Source: an uncultured Gemmatimonadales bacterium
GTDB lineage: Bacteria; Gemmatimonadota; Gemmatimonadetes; Gemmatimonadales; GWC2-71-9
Length of the DNA: 64,000 nucleotides
Direction of reading: 5' to 3'
NCBI GenBank assembly: GCA_963720365.1
Contig: CAVRFK010000031.1
Coordinates: 1,330 to 65,329, forward strand
Part shown: positions 21,804 through 31,904 of the stretch, in pieces
Position numbering within the stretch: position 1 is the stretch's first letter
Layout of the letters: each line of letters opens with the position of its first letter
The notes under the pieces: generated by a model
Told to the model about the DNA's origin: nothing
The model's database searches: none
Seen by the model: the letters and a program-made list of their open reading frames with translations, nothing else
Translations under genes and position numbers: made by a program

Positions 21804-22907
21804 TGGACCATGAACGCGCCGCGTACGTGGCGCTCGCACTGACGTCGGGCATCGGTCCCGGTCGGTTCCAGGCGATTCTCGAGGTCTGTCACACTGCATC
21901 CGGCGCCTTCTCGGCGCCGTTCGAGTTTTTGCGGTCCGCAGCGGGGATCAGTGCGGCGGCCGCGACGGCCATCGCTACCGGCAACATCGCGAACGGCGCG
22001 CGGGTGGTCGAGACCACCGAGCGCCTGGGCGGACGGGTGCATCATCGGCAGCGACGCCGAGTATCCCGCGCTGCTGCGGGTCATCCCGGAGCCGCCGCCG
22101 GTGCTGTTCGCGCTGGGAAACGTCTCGCTGCTGGATCGGCCGGCCGTCGCCATCGTCGGCAGCCGAGACCACTCGCCGTACGGCGGAGAGGTGGCGCGGA
22201 GGCTCGCCTGGGGCGCGGCGTCGGCGGGCGTCGTGGTGGTGAGCGGCATGGCGCGCGGGCTCGACGCGGTGGCGCATGCCGCGGCGCTCGATGCCGGCGG
22301 CACCACGATCGGCGTCCTCGGCAACGGGCTCGGCGTGATCTATCCGGCGGCCAATCGCGCGCTGTACCGGCGGGTCGAGGCCGGAGGGCTGCTGCTCACC
22401 GAGTTTCCGCCCGGCGAGAAGCCCAACGCCGGCAGCTTTCCCCGGCGCAACCGGCTCATCAGCGGACTCGCGCGGGTAACCGTCGTCGTCGAGGCGGCGG
22501 AGGGGTCCGGCGCGCTCATCACCGCGGGAACCGCGCTGGATCAGGGACGTGAGGTCCTCGTGGTGCCGGGGAACATCACCAGTGTGGCGTCGGTCGGCGC
22601 AAACCGGCTGATCCGGGACGGCGCCGCGCCGTTGCTGGGGCTCGATGATCTGCTCCAGCACTATCCGGAGGCTGAGCGGCCGGCGTCGCCCGCAGGTGGG
22701 CCGGCTCTCGCCGCCATACCGCTGCCGGAGGGGCTCGCGGCGGAGGGGCGGGCGCTGGCCGAGCTGCTCGGCGCGGAGCCGGTCGTGCTGGAGGAGCTGG
22801 TGGGGCGGTCGGGGAGGCCGGCGCGGGAGGTGCTGGCGGCGCTGTGTGCGCTCGAGATCGCCGGGGTGGTGGAGCAGGGGCCGGGCAGGGTGTTTCGGAG
22901 GGTGTGA
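21803..22907 (+). CDS. dprA: DNA-processing protein DprA (apparent frameshift ~22030)
   Basis: VAIVGSR, VSGMARGLD, FPRRNRLISG, SGALITA; C-terminal wHTH. Confidence 0.92.
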
Positions 22908-22929
22908 GGGTGGCACGCGCAGGGAGAGG

Positions 22930-23032
22930 CACCTCATCCTGAGAGAGCGCAGCGACCGAAGGACCTTCTCCGCGAGTATCGATCTCCGGCCGGCCAGGTC
23001 CCTCGGTCGCTGCGCTCCCTCGGGATGAGGTG
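22930..23032. repeat. REP-like palindrome, family A variant
   Basis: CACCTCATCCTGAGAGAGCGCAGCGACCGAAGGACCT ... AGGTCCCTCGGTCGCTGCGCTCCCTCGGGATGAGGTG. Confidence 0.85.
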
Positions 23033-23062
23033 TGGTCCAGCAAGCCGCATAATTTCCCTCAC

Positions 23063-24274
23063 GTGCACCTCTACCTCCACGTCCCCTTCTGCGCCCGGCG
23101 CTGCAGCTACTGCGACTTCGCCATCGCGGTCCGTCGCGATGTGCCGTCGGATGCCTACGCAGAGGCCGTGCTGCGCGAATGGTCCGACTGGCAGCATCAC
23201 GAGATCTGGCACGGCGCCACCGCGCTGGAGACCGTGTACTTCGGCGGCGGCACGCCTTCGCGCATCACGCCCGCGGCGATCGGTCGGATCCTCGAGCGCG
23301 TCGCCGCCGACCGGGCCGATCGCCGCCGGCGCCGAAGTCACGCTCGAGGCCAACCCGGACGACGTGACGCCCGAGTCCGCCGCCGCGTGGCGCGCCGCCG
23401 GGAGTCAACCGGGTGTCGCTCGGCGCGCAGTCGTTCGACCCGGGAGTACTCGCGTGGATGCATCGGACCCACAGCGCGGAGCAGATCGGGGCCGCGGTGG
23501 AGACGCTTGCGGCGCGCCGGCCTCGGCGCTCTCTCGCTCGATCTCATCTTCGGTCTGCCCGCGGCCCTGCGCCGGAGCTGGCGCGCCGATCTGGACAACG
23601 CGCTCGCGCTCGGGCCCGACCACCTGTCGCTCTACGGCCTGACCGTGGAGGATCACACTCCGCTCGGGCGCTGGACCGCCCGGGGGGAAGTGACGCCGGT
23701 GGACGAGGACCGCTACGCCGCCGAGTTCCTCGAGGCGCACGCCAGGCTCACCGGGCAGGGATACGAGCACTACGAGGTCTCCAACTACGCCCGGCCCGGG
23801 CGCCGCGCCCGGCACAACAGCGCCTACTGGCGGCGGGCGCCGTTCATCGGGATGGGGCCGTCGGCTCACAGCGGCTGGGGAGACCACCGGCGCTGGAACC
23901 TGCGGGAGTGGTCGGCCTACGAGCGGGCGATGGCCGCGGGCGAGAGCCCGGTCGCGGGCAGCGAGCGGCTCGACGCGGAGGCGGTTCAGCTCGAGGAGCT
24001 GTATCTCGGCCTGCGCACCCAGGAAGGCGTCACCCTCGATCGGGTGCCGGCCGAGGCTGGGCGGGCGTGGATCAGGTCCGGGTGGGCCACGTCGCAGGGG
24101 GGGCGGCTGCGGCTCACTGCGGAGGGGTGGCTGCGGCTGGATGCGCTCGCGGCCACAGACTGCTGGCTGGTAGCGGATCGGGAGCGCCCGCGAGCGGGGA
24201 CGGACGGGCGCGAGCGGACGCTCCGGGTCGGAGCCCGGCAAACAGCCGCCGGTCTCCTCGCCTGCGCGTCCTAA
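23063..24274 (+). CDS. hemW: Radical SAM heme chaperone HemW (frameshifts ~23310-23510; true stop may be ~24173)
   Basis: YLHVPFCARRCSYCDF, YFGGGTPS, EVTLEANP, YEVSNY, HNSAYW; upstream of hrcA. Confidence 0.9.
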   Translation: MHLYLHVPFCARRCSYCDFAIAVRRDVPSDAYAEAVLREWSDWQHHEIWHGATALETVYFGGGTPSRITPAAIGRILERVAADRADRRRRRSHARGQPGRRDARVRRRVARRRESTGCRSARSRSTREYSRGCIGPTARSRSGPRWRRLRRAGLGALSLDLIFGLPAALRRSWRADLDNALALGPDHLSLYGLTVEDHTPLGRWTARGEVTPVDEDRYAAEFLEAHARLTGQGYEHYEVSNYARPGRRARHNSAYWRRAPFIGMGPSAHSGWGDHRRWNLREWSAYERAMAAGESPVAGSERLDAEAVQLEELYLGLRTQEGVTLDRVPAEAGRAWIRSGWATSQGGRLRLTAEGWLRLDALAATDCWLVADRERPRAGTDGRERTLRVGARQTAAGLLACAS

Positions 24275-24306
24275 CGCGCCCTGGCACCGCTCCCGCCGCC
24301 CGCTCC
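24181..24306 (+). repeat. Structured repeat family B, copy 1
   Basis: Core GGGCGC..CGGACGCTCCGGGTCGGAGCCCGGCAAACAGCCG...GCGTCCTAACGCGCCC shared with copies at 28.4-28.7 kb. Confidence 0.75.
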
Positions 24307-24367
24307 ACCCCCAAGCACACGGAACCTCGGGTGCCAGCTACTCCCTAAGCCAGCTAAATTCACCGCG

Positions 24368-25405
24368 ATGCCAGCCCCAGAACAGCTGAGCGAGCGGGAG
24401 CTGCGGGTCCTCGAGGCCGTCGTCCAGACGTACATCGAGACCGCGGAGCCGGCCGGGAGCCAGACCATCGCCCGCCGGTTCGGTCTCGGCGTCTCGCCGG
24501 CGACCATCCGGAGCACCATGAGCGACCTGGAGGACAAGGGGTTCCTGTTCCACCCCCACACCTCCGCCGGCCGCATCCCGACCGACCGCGCCTACCGGAT
24601 CTACGTCAACGAGATCATGCGCCTGGCCCCGCCGACCGACGAGGCGCGCCAGACCCTCCGGACCGAGCTGGCCGGCTCCCGGAACGCGGTCGAGGAGATC
24701 GTGCGCCGGGCGGCCCAGGTGCTCGGCGTGCTGACCCAGGAGCTGGGCGTGGCCGTGGCGCCGGCGCTGGACGAGCTGGTGCTGGAGCGGCTGGAGCTGG
24801 TGCCGGTGTCCAGCGAGCGGTTGCTGCTGGTGTTCAACCTTCGCAGCGGGGTGCTGCGCACGATCTTCGTCGAGGTGCCGGCCCGGATCTCGACCGTGGC
24901 GGTCCACGAAGTCGCCCGGATTCTGAACGAGCGGCTGTCGGGGCTCAGCCTCCTCCGGATCCGGGAGACGATCGGCGAGCGGCTGCGCGACACGGGCCGG
25001 CCCCACGCGGAGGCCGAGCTGCTCAACATCTTCGTGGCGGAGCGGGAGGAGATCTTCGATCTCGCCGGCGACAGCGGGTCGGTGGTGCTCGGCAGCGCGC
25101 AGATGCTGGCGGATCAGCCCGAGTTCGCGTCCAACATCCGGATGCGCGACCTGCTGCGGCTCACCGAAGGACACGACCTGCTCAAGCAGGCGCTGGCGAG
25201 CCGCCGGCGGGCGGGGCTTTCGATCACCATCGGCACCGAGAATCCCGACAGCCGCCTCAGCGACTTCACGCTGGTGACCTCGTCCTATCAGGCGGGCGAG
25301 CTCAAGGGCGTCATCGGCGTGATGGGACCGACCCGCATGCCGTACGACAAGATCATCGGGCTGGTGGAACACACCAGCCGCATGGTGGAGGGACTGCTGG
25401 AGTGA
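24368..25405 (+). CDS. hrcA: Heat-inducible transcription repressor HrcA
   Basis: SPATIRSTM, HPHTSAGRIPT, GVMGPTRMPY. Confidence 0.96.
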   Translation: MPAPEQLSERELRVLEAVVQTYIETAEPAGSQTIARRFGLGVSPATIRSTMSDLEDKGFLFHPHTSAGRIPTDRAYRIYVNEIMRLAPPTDEARQTLRTELAGSRNAVEEIVRRAAQVLGVLTQELGVAVAPALDELVLERLELVPVSSERLLLVFNLRSGVLRTIFVEVPARISTVAVHEVARILNERLSGLSLLRIRETIGERLRDTGRPHAEAELLNIFVAEREEIFDLAGDSGSVVLGSAQMLADQPEFASNIRMRDLLRLTEGHDLLKQALASRRRAGLSITIGTENPDSRLSDFTLVTSSYQAGELKGVIGVMGPTRMPYDKIIGLVEHTSRMVEGLLE

Positions 25406-26523
25406 GCGATTTCTACGCCCTGCTCGGGGTGCCGCGCGACTGCACCGAGGCCGACATCAAGAAGGCCTACCGCAAGCTCGCGATGGAATACCACCCGGAC
25501 CGGAACCCGGCCCCCGACGCGGAAGCGAAGTTCAAGGAGGTCACCGAGGCCTATGAGATCCTCCGGGATCCGCAGAAGCGCGCGGCCTACGACCGCTACG
25601 GCAAGGCGGGCGCCGGAGGCCAGAGCGGGTTCGGCTTCCACCACGTGGACCTGTCCGAAGCGCTCAACATCTTCATGCGCGACTTCGGCGGCATGGCGGG
25701 GTTCGAGTCGTTCTTCGGCGGGCGGCGCCAGGATCCTCGCCGCGGACAGGACGTCCGGGTGACCGTCCGGCTCTCGCTGGCCGAGGTCGCGACCGGGGTG
25801 AAGAAATCGGTGCGGCTCAAGACGCTGGAGCGCTGCACGACCTGCTCGGGCAGCGGCGCCAAGGCCGGCACCCAACCGATCCGCTGCACCACCTGTGCTG
25901 GAAGCGGCGAAGTGCGCCGCGCCGCGCGGAGCATGTTCGGACAGTTCGTCTCGGTGACCGCGTGCCCCACCTGCGGCGGCGAAGGGCAGATGATCAAGGA
26001 TCCCTGCGAGGTCTGCCGGGGCGAAGGGCGGGTGCGGGGCGACCGGACGGTGGCGGTGGAGATTCCTCCCGGGGTCTCGGGCAACAACTATCTCACGCTG
26101 CGCGGCCAGGGCGCGGCGGGTCCGCGCAACGGGCCGATGGGCGACCTGCTGGTGATGCTCGACGTGAAGGAAGACGAGCGGTTCGAGCGCCAGGGCGACG
26201 ACCTGTACTTCGATCTGCCGGTCTCCTTCTCCCAGGCGGCCCTCGGCGTGCAGGTGCCGGTGCCGACGCCCTATGGAGACGAAGAGATCAAGGTCCCCGC
26301 GGGGATTCAGCCGGAGACGGTGCTGCGCCTCAAGGGCAAGGGCCTCCCGGTGCTGGGGCAGACCGTGAAGGGCGACCTGCTGATCAGGCTTCACGTGTGG
26401 ACGCCGGAACGCCTCAGCGACGAGCAACAGCGGCTGTTCCAGGAGCTGGCCAAGCTCGAAGGCGAGCCGCCCAAGCGCTCGCCGGGGTTCTGGTCCAAGC
26501 TCAAGGAAGCCCTCGGCGCATGA
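25402..26523 (+). CDS. dnaJ: Chaperone DnaJ
   Basis: J domain HPD; four CxxCxGxG repeats. Confidence 0.97.
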   Translation: MSDFYALLGVPRDCTEADIKKAYRKLAMEYHPDRNPAPDAEAKFKEVTEAYEILRDPQKRAAYDRYGKAGAGGQSGFGFHHVDLSEALNIFMRDFGGMAGFESFFGGRRQDPRRGQDVRVTVRLSLAEVATGVKKSVRLKTLERCTTCSGSGAKAGTQPIRCTTCAGSGEVRRAARSMFGQFVSVTACPTCGGEGQMIKDPCEVCRGEGRVRGDRTVAVEIPPGVSGNNYLTLRGQGAAGPRNGPMGDLLVMLDVKEDERFERQGDDLYFDLPVSFSQAALGVQVPVPTPYGDEEIKVPAGIQPETVLRLKGKGLPVLGQTVKGDLLIRLHVWTPERLSDEQQRLFQELAKLEGEPPKRSPGFWSKLKEALGA

Positions 26524-27353
26524 GCTGGTGGGCGATCGACGTGCGCACCACTGCGGACGCGCGCGACCGGCTCGGCGCGTGGCTCGTGGCGCGGACCGGG
26601 CAGGCGGTCGAAGAGCGGGATGACGGCACGCTGGTCACGTTCGCGCCGGACGAGGCGGCGGCCGACGAGCTGATCGCCGACATCGGCCGCGCGGCAGAGG
26701 GCAACGCCGCGGAGACGACGCGGCGCCGGATCGAGCCAGTGGACTGGACCATCCGCTGGCGCGACGGGCTCGGAGCCCGAAGCTTCGGACGACTGACCGT
26801 CGCCCCCTCCTGGATCGATCCCCTGCCGACGGACGACATCGTGGTGGTGCTCGACCCCGAGACTGCGTTCGGCAGCGGCGAGCACGGCTCGACCCGCGTC
26901 GCGCTCGCGCTGCTGGAGCGGCGGGTGAAGCCGGGCGACACGGTGCTGGACCTGGGCAGCGGGAGCGGGATCCTCGCGCTCGCCGCCGTGAAGCTGGGCG
27001 CCGGCCGGGCGATCGGCATCGAGAACGACCCCGAAGCGAACGTGGTCGCCCGGCGCAACGCGGAGCGCAACGGCCTCGCCGGCGCCGTCGAACTGCTCGA
27101 CGGTGATGCCGGCGACCTGGCACCCCTCCTCGGTCCCGCCGACCTGGTCCTCTCGAACATTCTCCGCTCCGCCAACACCGCCTTGCTGCCCGCCATCGCA
27201 ACCGCGCTCGCCCGGGATGGCGTCGCGATCTTCTCCGGCATGGAAGTGGACGAGGCGGCGCTCTTCCTCCCGGTGCTGGATGCCGCCGGCTTCGCGGTGG
27301 TGGACCAGCAGACCGATACGGGATGGTGGGGCGTCGCCGCCCGGCGGCGATGA
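26520..27353 (+). CDS. prmA: Ribosomal protein L11 methyltransferase
   Basis: DPETAFGSGEHGST, LDLGSGSGIL; dnaJ-prmA-rsmE synteny. Confidence 0.93.
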   Translation: MSWWAIDVRTTADARDRLGAWLVARTGQAVEERDDGTLVTFAPDEAAADELIADIGRAAEGNAAETTRRRIEPVDWTIRWRDGLGARSFGRLTVAPSWIDPLPTDDIVVVLDPETAFGSGEHGSTRVALALLERRVKPGDTVLDLGSGSGILALAAVKLGAGRAIGIENDPEANVVARRNAERNGLAGAVELLDGDAGDLAPLLGPADLVLSNILRSANTALLPAIATALARDGVAIFSGMEVDEAALFLPVLDAAGFAVVDQQTDTGWWGVAARRR

Positions 27354-28057
27354 TCCGCGTCCTCCTGGAACGGGGCAGCGGGACGGTGGGGCAGCGGGGG
27401 ACACTGCTGGAAGGCGAAGCGCACCATCTGCGCGTCCGCCGCGCCGACGCGGAGTGACGAGGTCGAGGTGCGGGACGGCGAGGGTCTGGTCGGCCGGGGG
27501 CGTCTGGTCCGGTCGGGGAAGAGCTGGGACGTCGAGATGATCGCCTCGCAGCATGCGGCGCAGGGTCCGGCGTTGACGCTGGCGATCGGCGCGGGTGACC
27601 GCGACCGCTTCGCCTGGGTGGTGGAGAAGGCGACGGAGCTGGGCGTGACCGCGGTGGTGCCGCTCGAGTGCGAGCGGAGTGCCGCCGTCGCGAGCAAGCT
27701 GCGGCCCCAGCACCTGGAGCGCCTCCGGCGCCACGGCCTGGAGGCGGTGAAGCAGAGCGGCGCCGCCTGGGCCACGCGGGTCGAAGAGCCGCTCTCGCTG
27801 GAGGCGCTCGTTGCGCGGCCGCTCGCCGGCAAGGGCTGGGTGGCGGACGCGGGCGGCTCACCGGTGCCGGCAGCTCCTCGGCGACACCCCGCTCACCATC
27901 GTGGTCGGGCCCGAAGGCGGGCTGACGAGCGGCGAGCTGGAACGCCTGCGCGGAGCCGGCTACCGTCCGGTAGGCCTGGGTCCGCACACGCTCCGGTTCG
28001 AGACGGCCGCGATCGCGGCCGCGGCCGGCGCGGTGGCGGCACGACTTCGGGGGAGCG

Positions 28058-28065
<8 letters not shown>
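27350..28065 (+). CDS. rsmE: 16S rRNA m3U1498 methyltransferase (apparent frameshifts ~27450 and ~27870)
   Basis: EAHHLRVRR, VEKATELGV, VGPEGG, LRFETAA. Confidence 0.9.
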
Positions 28066-28405
<340 letters not shown>

Positions 28406-28420
28406 GGTTTCGGGTGCGCT

Positions 28421-28566
28421 GTGGGAGCGGCCCGCGAGGGGGACCGGGGACGGGGCGCTAGCGGACGCTCCGGCTACGGAGCCCGGGCAAACTGCGCCCG
28501 GAATCTCCTCCGCCTCCGCGTCCTAGACGCGCCCCGTCCCCGATCCCCCTCGCGTGCCGCTCCCAC
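28421..28566 (+). repeat. Structured repeat family B, copy 2
   Basis: About 38-bp imperfect outer stem enclosing the conserved core. Confidence 0.85.
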
Positions 28567-28600
28567 CGAGGGTCCGGCAGCTCCGAGTGAGTTGCGATAC

Positions 28601-28710
28601 TCGGTGCGGGCGACCAGGGCGCGATAGGACGCGCAGGTCGAGGAGATTCCGGGCGCAGTTTGCCCGGGCTCCGAGCCGGAGCGTCCGTGCGCCCGCTCCA
28701 CCCGCACCGA
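28601..28710 (-). repeat. Structured repeat family B, copy 3 (inverted)
   Basis: TCGGTGCGGG/CCCGCACCGA termini; core is the reverse complement of the copy 2 core. Confidence 0.85.
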
Positions 28711-28729
28711 TCCCGCACGGATCTCCGCC

Positions 28730-28758
28730 TTGCCTCCGATCAGGCGACCCTCTAAATT
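28730..28758 (+). promoter_or_regulatory. sigma70-type promoter of rpsU operon
   Basis: TTGCCT-N17-TAAATT. Confidence 0.55.
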
Positions 28759-28810
28759 CCGCTCTCTCTACCGTTTACGCCCGCAAGGGCCGAGAGGGGT
28801 GATTCAGTAA

Positions 28811-29008
28811 ATGCCGGAAGTCATCATTCACGATGACGAGAGCTTCGAGCGGGCGCTCAAGCGCTTCAAGAAGAAGTGCGAGAAGGCCGGAATCCTGTCG
28901 GATCTCCGGAAGCATCGTCACTTCGAGAAGCCGAGCGAGAAGCGGAAGCGGAAGATGAACGCCGCAGTCCGCAAGAACCGCCGGGGCCCGCGTGTCCCCC
29001 GCGGCTAG
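28811..29008 (+). CDS. rpsU: 30S ribosomal protein S21
   Basis: [20 protein letters not shown]...FEKPSEKRK. Confidence 0.97.
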   Translation: MPEVIIHDDESFERALKRFKKKCEKAGILSDLRKHRHFEKPSEKRKRKMNAAVRKNRRGPRVPRG

Positions 29009-29441
29009 CGTGGCCGATGCCTTGCGGGCGGCGATGAACGCCGCCCGGAAGGCGCAGGACAAGGATCGCACCCTCGTGCTGGGCACCATCCTCGCCAATC
29101 TGAAGAATCGCGAGATCGACCTCCGCCGGCCGGCCACGGACGACGAGGTCATCGATGTGCTGCGCAAGGGAATCAAGATCCGCCGGGAAGCGATCGAGCA
29201 GTACACCGCCGGCGGACGGACCGACCTGGTGGCGACGGAGGAGTCCCAGATCGCGGTGCTGGCGGAGTTCCTGCCGCCCGAGGTGGACCCCGACGAGATT
29301 CGCCGCGCGGTGCGCGAGGTGATCGCCGGCGGCGCCAAGGAGATGGGCAAGGTCATGGGCCAGGTCGTCCCCCGCTTCAAGGGCAGGGCCGACGGCAAGG
29401 TGATCAACCAGATCGTGCGCGAGGAGCTACAGGCGGGGTGA
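28992..29441 (+). CDS. GatB/YqeY domain protein
   Basis: [24 protein letters not shown]...KGRADGK; follows rpsU. Confidence 0.92.
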   Translation: MSPAASVADALRAAMNAARKAQDKDRTLVLGTILANLKNREIDLRRPATDDEVIDVLRKGIKIRREAIEQYTAGGRTDLVATEESQIAVLAEFLPPEVDPDEIRRAVREVIAGGAKEMGKVMGQVVPRFKGRADGKVINQIVREELQAG

Positions 29442-31904
29442 TGGGCGTGGTGGAGCAACTCTCGTCCAACGGGGTGCCGACCGACTCAGAGGACGGCACC
29501 CCGTCGCCGTTACCGGCGGAGCGGTCCGCCGACGGGCTGGCGACGATCGAGCTGGAGGCGGTCCTCGATCTCGTCGCCGCGCACGCGGCCGGCCCGCTCG
29601 GCGCCGCGCGGGTGCGCGCGCCGCCGGCCCACGCTCGACCTCGACTGGATCGGGTTGGAGCTCGCTCGCGTGGGCGAGGTGGCCGGCCTGTTCCGCCGGG
29701 GCGACGGGCTCCTGGCCGAGCCGGTGCCCGACGTCGCTCGCGCGCTCGCGCGGCTCCGCATCGAGGGGAGCGTGCTCGAGGGCCCGGACCTCCTCGCCAT
29801 CCTGCGCGTGCTCCAATCCGCCCGCCGCGTTCACGCCGACCTGCGGCGGGTCGAGGAGACCGCGCCGCTCGCCGCCGCGCTCTCCCGTGCCATTCCCGAC
29901 AAGGCGATCGATCGCCGGCTGGAGCAGTCGCTCGATGCCGACGGCAGCCTGCTCGACACCGCGAGCCCCGCGCTCGCCGCCGCGCGCCGCGAGGTGCAGC
30001 AGGCGCGGCAGCGGCTCCTTCGCCGGCTCGACTCGCTGCTGCGAGGTCTCGAGACCAACGTCGCCCCGTCCGATGCCTCGGTCACCGTGCGCGGCGGCCG
30101 CTACGTCATTCCCGTGCGGCGGGACTCGCGGCACCGTCCCGCCGGCATCGTGCACGACGAATCGGGAAGCGCCGGCACGCTCTTCGTCGAGCCGACCGAG
30201 GCGATCGAGCTGGGCAACGCGCTGCGCGAGGCCGAGGTCGAGGAGGAGCGCGAGACGCTCCGGGTGCTGCGCGAGCTGACCGGACTGCTGCGGCCGGAGC
30301 TGCCCGCCCTTCGGGGCGCCGTCGAGATGTGCGTCGCGGTGGACGACCTGGTGGCGCGGGCGCGCTACGCGGTCGCGGTCGCAGGGGGAAGTCCCGGAGG
30401 TGCACCCGGCGCCGGCGTCGCTCAGGATCGTGAACGGCCGCCATCCGCTGCTCCTGGCCGGAACCGAGCCGGTGGTGCCGTTCGACCTGGAGATGGATCC
30501 CAGCGAGCGCACGCTGCTGATCAGCGGCCCCAACACCGGCGGCAAGACCGTCCTCCTCAAGGCGGTCGGTCTCGCGTCGGCGCTGGCGCAGAGCGGCATC
30601 GTCCCGCCGGTCGGCCCGGAGACCCGGCTGCCGGCGTTCGGCGGGTTCTTCGCCGACATCGGCGACCGGCAGTCCATCTCCGCCAGCCTCTCCACCTTCA
30701 GCGCGCACGTCGCCATGCTGCGCCGGGTCCTCGCCGAGGCCGACGCCGGCTCGCTGGTGCTGCTGGACGAGGTGGGCAGCGGAACCGATCCGGCGGAGGG
30801 CGCGGCGCTCGCGGCGGCCATTCTCGCATCGCTCACGGCGCGGGGAACGCTCACCCTCGCGACCACGCATCTCGGCGCGCTCAAGGACCTCGCCTCGCAC
30901 ACGCCGGGCGTGGTGAACTCCTCGCTCCAGTTCGACGCGGCGACGCTCACGCCGACGTACCGCTTCGTGAAGGGCGTACCCGGACGCTCCTACGGGCTCG
31001 CGATCGCGCGGCGGCTCGGCATCGAGTCCGAGCGTGCTGGCCGACGCCGAGGCGCGGGTGCCGGACGCGGAGCGGAACCTGGACGCGCTGCTGGCGGCGG
31101 TCGAGGAGCGCGGCCGAGCAGGTGCGGGAGACTCAGGCGGAGCAGGAGGCGCGTGAGATCGAGCTGGCGTCGCTGGAATCGCGCCTCACCGCGCAGCGGG
31201 AGAGCCAGCAGGCGCGCGAGGCCGAGCTCAAGCGCCTGGAGAAGGAGGCCGACCGGGCCGGGCGCCGGCAGGCGAAGCAGTACCTCATGGAGGCGCGGCG
31301 CCTGGTGGAGGGCGCGCTCGGTGCCGCACGCGCGGCCGGCGACGACGCCGCGGCCCGCGAGGCGCGAAGGATGGTGGAGGAGGGAATCAGGCAGCAGGCG
31401 GAATCGCAGGAGGAACTCGAAGCACCCGCCGACACGGCGGCGTCTACCTCGCCGGTCGAGGTCAACGCGCGCGTGCGGCTGCCGAGCGGAGGGACCGGGA
31501 CGGTGCTCGAGCTGCGGGGCGACGGCACCGCCGTCGTGGCCGTCGGCGCGATGAAAGTCGTGCTCGACGGCGCGATGCTGACGCCGCTGCCGCCTGACGG
31601 CGGGCGCAAGGCGCGGAGCGAGCCCGCGAAGGAGCCGGTGCGCGAGGCGGATTCGTCGGCCTCGATGGAGATCGATCTCCGCGGGCTCACCGGCGACGAA
31701 GCGGAGCAGGCGACGATCGCCGCGGTGGACGCGGCGGTCCTGGCCGAGCAGCCGTTCCTCCGCATCATTCACGGCATGGGCACCGGGGTGGTGCGCGAGC
31801 GGGTGCGCCGCGTGGTCTCCGGCGACCGGCGGGTGACACGGTTCGGGTTCGCGCCACGGAACCAGGGCGGTACCGGGGTGACGATCGTGGAGTTCTCCGC
31901 GTGA
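29438..31904 (+). CDS. mutS2: MutS2 endonuclease with Smr domain (several apparent frameshifts)
   Basis: GIVHDESGSAGTLFVEP, ISGPNTGGKT, LSTFSAH, DEVGSGTDP, IDLRG...IIHGMGTG. Confidence 0.93.

Noticed and set aside
20774..22552. 592-aa ObgE-DprA chimeric ORF
   Set aside because: Product of two frameshifts; normal obgE and dprA are recoverable
28462..28525. c-di-GMP-I riboswitch suggested by GGGCAAAC
   Set aside because: Lacks the GNRA tetraloop/receptor pair and the second GCAAA motif; occurs in both orientations and after gene ends
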